Below are positions 1 to 11,446 of a stretch of 64,000 bases of DNA, one piece after another. This stretch comes from Octopus sinensis (lineage: Eukaryota), in the NCBI RefSeq assembly GCF_006345805.1, contig NC_043004.1, positions 45,384,001-45,448,000 of the forward strand, in the 5' to 3' direction. Under the pieces are notes generated by a model, which did no database searches, had not been told where the DNA came from, and worked only from the letters and a program-made list of their open reading frames with translations. Every line of letters begins with the position of its first letter. The first letter of the stretch is position 1. Made by a program: the position numbers and the translations under genes.

Positions 1-734
1 CCACTCAGCTATTTGCCTTCAAAGTTGAGAAAGTATGTACCCTTGGTATTTCAGAATTAATCTTGGTAATATTCATATTTCCACTTTAGAAAGTGAGATT
101 TTATGTTCCCAAAAGGAATTGTTTATTCAATTATCGAGATTGGATAGTAATTTAGTAGGAAGAATTAGAATATTGGGTGGAGTTTTGCTTTACAAATTTT
201 AATTTTATCCCAGCCTTCATGTCCAAATACCATCAGGTTTGACATCAGGACTTTATGCGTCCAGCATCAATAAAATGAGTACCACATTCTATTATAATGT
301 GGTTGATTTAATACACCACTCTCCTACCTAATTCTTGATTCTTATAGAAAAATTGATCCGGTGCCAAGTCTAAAGAAATCATTATGTATTTATTGAGACA
401 ATTCTTTTACAAAAGAACGATGGCCTTTCTCCAACTAAATGACAAGGAGATTCCTTGGCTGGAGTTTAGACAACATCAAACATTTATGTCCACGTGTATG
501 TATGTGCATATGTATATATATGGATGAATGGCTTTATAAATAGATGAGCAGTGCTTATGATGCCCATGTTTCTTTGTACTACTGTTCATTGGAACATGTC
601 CCATTCAGTTCTAATATGTTTGCCGTAGCTGATGCTGCTGATGTGTGCATTAATATGCCATCATCATCATCATCAGCATCAACATTCTGATTATCAAACT
701 ATGCCCCTTCACTCTACCAAGTGGGCTTTATCTT

Positions 735-1060
735 ATTTATATGTGTATGTGTATATATATATATATGCATATATGTATGTATATATTTATGTATGTATAT
801 ATTTATATGTATATATGTATGTATATATTTACATATATATATATGTGTGTGTGTGTGTATATATATATAAATGTGAACATATATATATATATATGTATAT
901 ATATGTATATGTGTGTGTGTATATATATATATGTATATGTGTATATTTGCATGTGTGTATGTATATATATATATATATATGTATATTTGTATGTATATAT
1001 ATATGTGTGAGTGTGTATGTATATATATATGTGTGTGTGTGTGTATATATATAAATATAA
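735..1060. repeat. Compound (TA)n/(TG)n microsatellite field
   Basis: Nearly pure TA/TG dinucleotides; explains the Y/I/V/C-rich pseudo-ORFs at 632-1151. Confidence 0.95.
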
Positions 1061-2004
1061 GCATCAACATTGAAAGGACAGATCTCAGTTTCTCAGTAAG
1101 CATGCTGTGAGATGCATTTTGCATCAGCAGGTATGACATTTGTAGATGCATGTGCCATTATTTCGTAAGAACTTGATGACATTGATATTGCATGCTGCAT
1201 ATAAGTGCGTGATGAGCTAATGGTCCGGGGAATCCACATACAAGACGTATTATATTGTTAATGGTTTGATATTTGTCTTGTCTTTATCTGTTTGTTTCCT
1301 TTTTTCTGTGATTGCTGTAACTACACACACACACACACACATCACATGTATATATGCACATAGCTACACATACAAGCATATTTACACAAATGCATACATA
1401 CATGTTGTTGTAACTGATGTTGTGTGTGATATGTATGTGTTACTCTTAGTCTTTCACTGCTTCTAGCCAATGGAACTGGCCTTGCTAAACCTCTAAGATC
1501 AAGTATATATTTGCATAATGCAAACATTCTTTGTATATTGATGTTTTGATAATGAAATTTATATCTTCATTGTCCACGAAACCAGAGTATGGGTTGCATC
1601 CATTACCATACAGAGTATTGTGCAAGGCCAATACTAAGGTAGAAAAGTGTCTCTAATGCTCACAGTAGAACAAAAGAATGATCTTGAAAGAAGGATTTCA
1701 AAGGCCCCTCGGTACTTGGTAAACATTGCAAGAAAAAAAGATAGTGATATCTGTACAAAAAAAACCTGCAGTGAGACCTGCTACAGACTCATTGACATGC
1801 ACCTCTGTTGATTTGTGATTTTGTCAGAAAGAACATGTTCGGCCGGAGTGCTACATAATCAGTTAGACCGAAGCTCTAGTACTTGACTGGTGTTCTGTTT
1901 TTCAACCTTGCAAGAAAAGTAGAATTTGAACTCAAGACATAAAATAGATGTGACTAACTAATACTGTAAAGCATTCTGTCTGGCATCGATATTCCACCAC
2001 TTTC

Positions 2005-2420
2005 ATCACCACCATCATTATCATCATTTATATCTGTGTTTCATGCTGGCATGGGTTGAATGGTTTAACCCTTTTGTTACTGTATTTATTTTGAGATGCT
2101 CAATGTTTCTCTCAATTATTTTAGATATAACAAAGAATTTAGTAAAATAACTTAGTTATCATTAAGCTTGTGTTAGGAACAGTAATTGTGACTAAGGTTT
2201 GGTGAAAAGTTTTATTTAAAATCTTATGAAAGCAAGACATTTGTACTACAGAGCCAGAGCCGGTTTCAGCCGGGTTGGTAACGAAAGGGTTAACAGGAAC
2301 TGGCAAATCAGAGGACTGTGTCAAATTCTACTGTTGGCCTCAGAATAGTCTCTACAACTAGATAACTTCTGCCATGCCTACCACTTTACAGAGGGTACTG
2401 GGTGTTTCTTATATGCACCA
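2005..2420 (-). mobile_element. Degenerate 3' end of RTE-like LINE, split by a TTAA MITE
   Basis: (CAT)n tail then catgctggcatgggttg...caggaactggc...ccactttacagag, matching the copies at 3211, 3913, 49715, 52310 and 53444; interrupted at TTAA 2065-2068/2290-2293. Confidence 0.7.
2069..2289. mobile_element. piggyBac-type MITE (family 1), TTAA TSD
   Basis: TTAA|CCCTTTTGTTAC ... GTAACGAAAGGG|TTAA; 221 bp; close second copy at 57774-57993. Confidence 0.9.
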
Positions 2421-3143
2421 ACACTGGTAAGGTTACCAAGTAACTTGCAAGACAAGACCCCCCCTCAACTGAGGTGGGTGTAATACTGAGGGAGGCGTTT
2501 TAGTGCCAAGTAATGAGAGGTTAGGATAAAGTATAGGTATGGAAGCAGGTGTCTTGCAGCAGAGCAAGTTGCATGACTGCTCCAGTTTGAAACAGGAGAG
2601 AGAGACAGAAGAAGGTGAAAATATGCTGGGGTACACTGTCAAGTTTCAGGGAAAGGTCTATAAGTGCAGTGGTAGAGTGGAGTGGATTAAATGAGAGGGC
2701 ATAAAACTTCTTGAAAGTACAAACCGAGAATGGAAAACAGTGATGAGTACACGCATAAACTGGGAATCAGTGGCAATGGCTGGCACATGCAGAATACCAT
2801 TACTAATATGATTATGAATACGTTGTTGTTTAACCCTTGGTCATCCCAATTGAGCAAACCTATGAACAGTAGTTTTCCAGCTGTGTTATTGCATAGTCAG
2901 AGATGTGTCCATCGACAGTTGACTGATTTCATGGATACTTCAGAGAGTGTGACCAAACATTAAGATTCTATATTCATGCCTGTCTTAAGCCTATGATGAA
3001 GACCATGTAGAAATGCTACAATTCTGGATTGAACCTCATTCAAATGTTTGTTTTTCAACCGGTTTAGTTCTGCTGACTGCACATAAACATTATTATTCAT
3101 ATGTTTATGTGGTGACACAAAAGTATATGTGTGTGTGTACATG

Positions 3144-3174
<31 letters not shown>

Positions 3175-3210
3175 ATGTTTGCGTGTGTGTTTGTGTGTGT
3201 ATATAAAATC

Positions 3211-3382
3211 CCCCACTACACTATCAGAGTGGTTAGTGTTAGGAAGGGCATCGAGCTGTAGAAACATTGCCAGATCAGATTGGAGCCTGGTGCAGACTCC
3301 TGGCTTGCCAATCACCAGTCAAACTGTCCAACCCATGCCAACATGGAAAACGGACATTAAATGATGACGATGATGAAGATGA
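3211..3382 (+). mobile_element. 5'-truncated RTE-like LINE 3' end with (GAT)n tail
   Basis: aggaagggcatc.agctgtagaaac...ccaacccatgccaacatggaaaacggacattaaatgatgacgatg; the family is tied to RTE by the ORF C-terminus seen at 52770-52910. Confidence 0.8.
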
Positions 3383-3400
3383 TACATATATATATATATG

Positions 3401-3434
<34 letters not shown>

Positions 3435-3912
3435 TATATCTGAATGTGCATGTGTAAATGCATATATGAAAGACTGGCATTTTCATATGTTAGAATGGTG
3501 AAAAACAAAAAAAGAAAAAACAAACATGAAACTTTCAAAACTTCTTTAGAACCACAAATGCTGTCATCTCAGATAATGAGAAATAGTTAAATGCCATCCA
3601 TCAGTAGAGGGAAGTGATTAAATAAAACAAAAGAGAAGGAAAAAAAATGTTTTTTTAAAAAATACACTGCTACTTAATTATACTGGAATATCTTTTAAAG
3701 AGTTTTGGATTTAATGCTGTAAAAACAACGAAATAAATTTCACGAAAATTGAATGAGGTATAGTTTGAAAAAGAAGAAAAGAAAACATGCTTCTGTTTCC
3801 AACTCAGCATGGTAATACTTCCGTGGGTAAAAAGACTGATGGTGTTTAGTGCAAAAGATGAAATAAACATGGTGGGTGTGTTTTTTTACTAATTTTCACA
3901 TCTGGGTAACAA

Positions 3913-4248
3913 ACTGGCCTTTGTGCCGGTGGCACATTAAGCACACCATTCGAGCGTGATTGTTACCGCGTCGCCTTACTAGCACATGTGCTGGTGGCAC
4001 GTGAAACATTCGAGTGAGGACGTCGCCAGTGCAGGTGGCATGTAAAAAGCACCTTTTGGACGTGACCATTGTCAGTACCACCAAACTGGCACGTAAAAGC
4101 ATCCACTACACTCTCAGAGTGGTTGGCATTAGAAAGGGCATCCAGCTGTAGAAACTCTGCCAAATCAGATTGGATTCTGGTTTGCCAGACCTCAGTCAAA
4201 TTGTCCAACCCATGCTAGCATGGAAAGCGGACGTTAAATGATGATGAG
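3913..4248 (+). mobile_element. RTE-like LINE 3' UTR with internal ~40-bp subrepeats
   Basis: Repeated ggtggca(c/t)(g/a)t(g/a)aaa.c units followed by the same 3' end and tail gcggacgttaaatgatgatgag. Confidence 0.8.
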
Positions 4249-4383
4249 GATTTACTGAATAGCCTTGTTGAAGGTTCTGGGTTCAGATCTTTTCATTGTT
4301 GTTAGTTTTGTCATTCATCCTACTGAGATTGATAATATAAGTGACCAGTCAAGTATTAGGTACTTCAACAAATATAGCATATA

Positions 4384-4947
4384 CAAGGAGGTGCTGAAAA
4401 ATTCCTGGCTTGCAGGGTATCGCTAAAAGCCTTTTGAGTTCTTTTGCAGCACTCAATATAACTGAAAGACCACTGCAATAAGTGTGTGAATCCGAAAGGG
4501 GAATATCTCTATATATATAAACGGCAAAATATCTGGGTGTGTGTCCTTTATACAAATCCACAATTTTTCAGTTAGAGGACTCGCACTTTCTATGGTCAAT
4601 CAAAACCATCCAAGGGTGGTCGTGCACATCTTTACATTTGCCCAGTCACCCCACAAAGCCATTAAAAAAATCAATAGAAGTGACTTTTTTGTGAATTTTC
4701 TATCCAAAACCCAATCAAAATGCCTGAAACTTGATATGTCAATTAAATGCCAACTAGCTGTATGTGATTGTTCAGAGATTTGGACAGTACTCACATGTAT
4801 GTGCGCACACACGCATCTGTATTTGCATGCACTAGCACTATGACCCGAATTGCCGGGTCATAGTGCTAGTATTGTATAAAATCATAATTAATTGATCCTC
4901 AAGCATTTTCTTTTACCCAAAGCCAAGAACTTTTCAGCACACCCTTG
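4384..4947. mobile_element. Mariner-derived MITE (~200 bp) interrupted by a Helitron
   Basis: TA|CAAGGAGGTGCTGAAAAATTCCTGGCTT ... AAGCCAAGAACTTTTCAGCACACCCTTG|TA (imperfect 28-bp TIR, TA TSD); the interior resembles a mariner C-terminus (CNKCVNPKGEY). Confidence 0.8.
4506..4869 (+). mobile_element. Non-autonomous Helitron (364 bp)
   Basis: A|TCTCTATATATATAAACGGC 5' end; 3' hairpin then CTAG|T; inserted between A4505 and T4870 with no TSD. Confidence 0.85.
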
Positions 4948-7232
4948 TACACATAAGTAACATTCTCTTTGAAATGATTCCATAAATTCATTCTAATCTC
5001 AGCTTCACAAAATAAGACAAGATTAGTGAGGGGAATTAAGGAAAGCATGTAGAATCTCTGGTTCTCACCTGAGAACGCACACCTGAGAGATTTCAAATTG
5101 TGATAGTTCCTCTTATTCCGTAAACCAATCCATGTTCACCTTTACTTGTTTCAATGCCCTTTCTCTCACCTGCTGTTTTGTTTGAAGGCTTGGTTGTGCC
5201 TTGGACAGGTACTGCTGTCTAGCAATAAAACTGAGCAACTGTGACAGGGCAGAATAACAGGATTACACAGTGAAGAGTTTTTATAGTTTAGAAAGGGGTT
5301 CTTTCAAAGAATAGATCCTTTCTAAATAATCTCATTCCACCAGTGTCAAACTAAGCTAACTTGGATTTTATATTGAATTGGTGGAAGGGTGGGAAGTGAA
5401 AGAAATGATAGAGGGAATGGATGCAAAGTCATGAAAATATATAGCCTTTATAAACTATTCCACTTAAGTTTAATATGATATATACACAGAGTGTTCTGTT
5501 ACAGTTTGACAGATTCTTTTAGATCTGTGTGTACGTGTATATATATATATATATGTATGTATAGAGAGAGAGAGAGAGAGAAGTGTATGTGCATGTATGA
5601 ATGCTATTTTCAGTGTGTGTGTGTGTGTGTACATTTTGAGGCATTTATCTAGTTTAAAATGCATAGCTATATTTGTGCATGTATAAGAAAAATGTGATGT
5701 ATATTACATATGTATAGGGAAGTGTCTATACATATATGTCTGTTCATGATTTCATGAATGCTTATGTATTTGTGTGTATTCACATAGATTGACAGACAAG
5801 TATATAGATGGTAACAAATGTACACAAACTGTTGCAGTGAATCGATAGTGAAAGTAAAGTGAAATAAATATACGTACATATGCATACTAGCACCCATACA
5901 AATGTAAATGCACATGCATACATGTATGTAGGTACATGCATACAAATAAAAAAAGGGGGTTGTCACTTTATCATGACTGGTTTGGATTCTGCAAAGAAGG
6001 ACATTGATATATCTCAAAGAAATATATGCATACACTTGCCAACACGCTTGCACACACACGCACACACACACACACATGCACACACACACACACACACAGC
6101 ACACACACACACACACACACACTCTCTCTCTCTCTCTCTCTCTCTCTCATACGTAGCTTCTCTAGGACTTGTAACTGTTACATTACATCACATTTTGACC
6201 GTTAGACTTTCGCAACCCAAGAACAGGAGATAGCTAAAGAATAATTTGTGAACCAATGTTGACTGTCACATCTCTGGAAGATATCATACATGTGGTCATT
6301 AACTTCCCAAACTATCACTAAGGTTCTAATTTCCAATGTGAATTGATGTCGCTATATATATATGTGTGTAAGAGAAACTACACTGGGGTGAAAACAGAGA
6401 GTGCCACTGTTGATAAATGTATACATTATCAAAGCAAGTAATATCAGTGAAACACCCCCATCAAAAGCTTTGGCCATGTGAGAACATAAAAGACTTGATA
6501 TACTTGTTTGGACTATAAAAAAATATCATGTACTGTCAAACAAGTCAGCTGTTCAGTAGATATGAACATTTCTGAACTGCTGGATACTCTACCTGTCACC
6601 AACTTTTATGTTCACTTCAGGTAAAAGCACAGAATGACCAGTCATAATACCAGTAGAGAATGTAAATATCACATCAGCATTTTGCCCCGGCATGACAAGT
6701 GAAGATATGGAATATCAACATTCAAATACTTGCATTAACAATGCCTTTGAAAAGTATCGCATTTCTAGTCAAAATATAAATTTGCATTTATACCAATAAT
6801 TATCATTGGTACACTTAACTATATTAGCAAGTGAATACTTGACAATCTCAAAGAGCTAAGGTTTCCAGACAAAGGAAGTGACCAGCAAATATGGCTTTGC
6901 AAATATAGTCTGTAAGTAGAACAGTAAAAATATGCAAGATTTTTCTAAAGTTTTCCATGCAACTTGTCATCACTGTTCATGGTGGAGTATTGTTTCTTTG
7001 TTAGAAAGTAGTTCCTTATTTAAGTGAAGAATTCAAATTCAGAAAGAAACATGATGGACACACATAACTTCCAAGTTGGTGTTTTCTAAATGTTGGTTAA
7101 GGAACCTTGTTTTTGAGCCAGGGCTTAGCACTTTCCATGTTGGTGAGAAATTTATTATAAGAAGAATCATACATATTAGCACAGCCACATGGACGCATTG
7201 ATGCTCTGTCTGTTCCTCTATATTTATCTGTC

Positions 7233-7380
7233 ATCCGAGGTCGACTTTGCCTTTCATCCTTTCGGGGTCGATAAATTAAGTACCAGTTAAACACTGGGAT
7301 CGATATAATCGACTTAATACCTATGTCTGTCCTTGTTTGTCCCCTCTATGTTTAGCCCCTTGTGGGCAATAAAGAAATAT
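7233..7380 (+). mobile_element. SINE family C, 3' part
   Basis: ccgaggtcgactttgcctttcatcctttcggggtcgataaattaagtaccagtt; same core as the array at 15-16.5 kb. Resembles the Deu/Nin-type SINE central domain (from memory). Confidence 0.75.
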
Positions 7381-7917
7381 ATATTTATCTGTCTTTGTGT
7401 CTGTCATATATTGAAAGAAATGTGTATTGTTGTGAGGGTAAGCCAAAAAAAAAAGTGCTTCTATGCTGTGGCTAGCTAGAAACTGCAGCCAAATACTCCC
7501 AAAATTATATACCTTCAAAAGAAGAACACATAGGATACTGTAGACTTGAGCAAAAGATTGGTTTATCACTGCTTTGGCTTTGCTACATGGTTAAAGAACA
7601 CTGGCAAATACCACATATAGTCTGTCATAGACCATGGACCAAAAAAAGGGTCTCTGCTTCCAACCCTACTAGAAAAAGCAACCCAGCCTCCCTTTAGATT
7701 GTCCCTTATCATTAAAGCAAAAATGCAAAATCAGAATAAAATAAAGGTGATACTTAAATATGTGCCCATGGTTAAGAAGTTCATTTCACATCCATGTCAC
7801 TACCTGGCATCTTGGGTAAATTTCTACTAAAGACTCACTGGACCAATGCTTTGTGAACAAAATTTGGTGAACAGAAATTGCTTGGAAACCTGTGTGTACT
7901 TGTGTGCTTTTTGTATG

Positions 7918-8248
7918 CGAAGGCATGTGGATTTTTATGTGAAGGCATGTTAGGGAATTCAGCCCATGATCATAAGGTCGCGAGTTTGATTTCCAGCAGC
8001 ACATTGTGTTCTTGAGCAAGACACTTTATTTCATGTCTCTCCAGTTCACTCAGCTGGCAAAAATGAGCTGTGCATGTAATTCAAAAGCCAGTCTTGCAAT
8101 ATTTTATATGACAGTGAATCCCCCTGAGAACTACATTAGGATTATGTGTGTGGAGTATCAGTTACTGACACTTTAATTTCACAAAGCGGCTGTTCCACTG
8201 GTTGGATCGACTGCAACCCTCGTTGTCATAACTGACCGAGTGCCACTT
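7918..8248 (+). mobile_element. tRNA-derived SINE with tgtgttcttgagcaagacac core
   Basis: Degenerate B box (gagtttgatttcc), core cttgagcaagacactttatttca...ccagttcactcagctggc, tail ending ...actgaccgagtgccac; opposite-strand relic at 18025-18155. Confidence 0.7.
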
Positions 8249-8642
8249 TCTTGGGTCATCTCAGTGATCCGATGTACAAAGACTACCTTGTTTAAAGGAC
8301 AGGTAAAGATTGGCATCAGGAATGGCACACAGAGAATGTTGTTCCAAAACATGTCATGTAACCCATGCCAACATGGAAAAAGCTGACGTAAAAATAATGT
8401 CAATCATGCTGACGATGGGGCAGTCACTGTTGGACATCCTCTGCTTATAGACCTGTTCCACCAGCCTTTGACACAGTGGAGGAGAACTACATAACGACAA
8501 GAACAAAAACAACAACTCCAACAATAACAACAACTTTGGAAGGGGCATTCATTTAAACAATGACAATATTTTCTATGAAGCAAATAATGAATTACCTGCA
8601 TGGCACACATACAAACCATGCTTGCAAACAACATATTGCATG

Positions 8643-8676
<34 letters not shown>

Positions 8677-10528
8677 CTCACACTCAAGCTCTCACCCAAT
8701 GATTTACTCCCCCTCAGTAGCAACAGAACTCCCTTCTTTCTATTCATTATTGAGTGCAAATTTATACATCATCACATTTTGTGATGGTTTTTGTCTCATT
8801 GTTTTTCTCTTTTCGTTTTTTGCCTTTGTTCCCTTGTGTTTTTTTTTGTGCTTATTTGTTTAGGTGGTGGTTTTTGTTTGTTGTATTTTATTTTTAACGA
8901 TTTGTCAGCATATCAAATGATGAATCAATAATACTTTAGAAATTAAACAAATCAAATAAATGATTAGATACATTATAAATGTGTCTGTGTATATGTGTCC
9001 TCTATGCATGTGTTTGTGTGTATACATACACACACAAATACACATATACCATGCACATACATGTGCACACATATACATATATACACAAATTTTCCATACA
9101 TGCATTCCAACATACATACATATATTTATATACATGTGTGTGTGTGTGTGTGTGTATACACATATATGCACACATAAATGTGTATGTATGCATTATACAC
9201 CATCAGTGGTTCATTATCTTTTTATTGATTTAATTATTTTAGTACTTGTTTGTTCACGTATAATCCAATGTTAGGTGTATGTTTGTGTGTATGTATGTGT
9301 GTGTGTGTGTGTGTGTGTATATGTTTGTGAAAACCAAACAAGCAAAACACACCTCTTCATGATGGTGCATGTATGTACGTGTACATACATGTACGTACGC
9401 GTATGTATGTGAGTGTACATGTGTTTGAGTGGGTAGCTAGGAGGACTGTTTTTTAATTAAATCTTGCGTACTATGCTTACAGAGCAGGGTTATGCAAATG
9501 ATGTTCTCTCTTTGCTCTGTTTATCAATAAACACTTCAGTGCACTATGCATAGTGTGCTAACTTAGTGCTTTGCTGCACATTGCAATTAGGTGTTTGGTT
9601 CAGACTGATGGCATTGTTGGTTGTGTTCACCCTTCTCCCACTCCACTTCTATTTATTACCTTGTTTAGCCGTCTGTGGTGCGTGTAAAATTTGCTGTTAC
9701 GCTTACGAGATGACTCTTGCTTCCGTGTATATGCATGTCTCTGTACATGCGTATTTGTTTTTAACTATCTGCACTGCTCTAAGTGTTTGTGATACATATA
9801 TATATATATATGTGTGTGTGTTTGTTTGTGTGTATATATAATTCACACATATATATTACCTCTATCGTCATTGTTGTTGTTTTACATCTATTTTTTTCCT
9901 TGCTTACAAACAGTTAGTTGGCAATGTCTCACTACTTGTCACAGTCCTTCATCATCTTTTATATAACTCTAAAGAAAACAACTAATCTTTGTTGTATTGT
10001 TACCATGAGTGTATTCCTTTCTGGTGCATTTTCTGTTACATTTAGTCTTAAAGGAAGGCAGTACTCCTGACACTTTACTAGGCTGGTGGTAGTTGTGGAG
10101 AACAGCATCCTCAAATTAAGAGACCTGGCTCAAATGAAGCAAACTCTGCTAAAGCTACCCTGGGTATTAAGTGATGATGTCAAACCAGAAGATAGATTAG
10201 GTCTACCACCTCAATAGACTGTGGCAGAATTTGAACTCAGAATGCAAAGAACCAGAAGAAATCTAGCAAAGCAACCTATTCAATGCTTTCATGGATCTGC
10301 CATTCCATGCACTTCATATTGCCAGTTAGAACTTGAAAGATATATGTATATAATATATTTAGTTTCAGGAACCGGTTATTTGTATAGCTATGGCAAAGTA
10401 GAATCATAAAATGTATATAAAGGTATCAGGTAGTAGATCTCTGTCGTTTGATGATGATGATTCACTTGTTTGGTCGACTGGTTTAATATGTAAGTGTTTG
10501 AGCATTCCACAGGAACATATACCTTTAA

Positions 10529-10746
10529 CCCTTTAGTGTTTAAATTGACCATATGCAGCCCAAATATTCTACTTGTTCTGTGTTCAAACTGACCAGATCT
10601 GGCTTATCACACCTATCCTACAATATCATCCTAGAAATATAATCATATCATCAAAATATCCAAGCTACAAAATAATGCATTTTTAATTGAAAGCAATGTG
10701 AATGAAAAAGCATTACATTTGATAGAATAATTTCAATGCTAAAGGG
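10529..10746. mobile_element. piggyBac-type MITE (family 2), TTAA TSD
   Basis: TTAA|CCCTTTAGTGTT ... AATGCTAAAGGG|TTAA; 218 bp; related copy at 51918-52113. Confidence 0.88.
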
Positions 10747-11411
10747 TTAATCTTATTCTCAATCAGAAACTGTTGGGGAACCCTAGACTTTGGAAATGGT
10801 CATTTCCCCAAGATGCTACACAGTAGCATCAAATGCAAGACCTCATGTTTGCAAACTGTTTGGTCATAATGCAACTCAATTCTCACAGTTTTAGGAAGAG
10901 CAGTACTTTTGATCTTTTTTGCAAGGCCTCTTGGACTGTTTGGGTAAAGAATAACAGAAACCTTGACCCTTGCGTTTCTCTAGGAAAATGTGAATTTACC
11001 CTTGAACCAGGGACTTGGTTTAAATGATTGCAACAGAGTGAACTCCACTTTTCTAAAGACCACTGAATGGTCAGCTGGTCAATAGATTAAACAAACCCTA
11101 AAACAGTCATTCATTGTAAGCTGAACAACTTCAGATATTTTTCCAAAGCTTCCTTGGAAATGAAAAGGTAAGTTTGTGGAATATTGATATTTCAATTGCA
11201 TAGGACATAGAATGACTAGCATATCAAGTCCTTGCCCTTCAACAGCATGCAGCAGAAAAAGACAAAGGGGCTATTTGGCTGGTTGATGGAACAGGAAATG
11301 GACAGCAGCCTTGGAAATAGTAATTTCCTCACAAAATTGAAAGGTGGTATAATAGGTCCTTCCCATTAAGGAATAAAAGAGAGCAGGTGCAAAGAATTAC
11401 AGACCTCTCTC

Positions 11412-11446
<35 letters not shown>

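Noticed and set aside
632-1151. ORFs rich in Y/I/V/C/H/T (also at 20.9, 33.7, 35.6-37.1, 39.4, 45.7-47.3 and 48.8 kb)
   Set aside because: They are translations of (TA)n/(TG)n/(CA)n tracts, which lack stop codons in some frames.
1205-1340. C/D snoRNA candidate (GTGATGA box C)
   Set aside because: No CTGA box D at a suitable distance and no terminal stem.
11150-11175. Isolated splice-donor motifs (e.g. AAG|GTAAGT at ~11167, CAG|GTAAGG at ~42066) as exons of a host gene
   Set aside because: No convincing paired acceptor or conserved reading frame; cannot be supported without RNA data.
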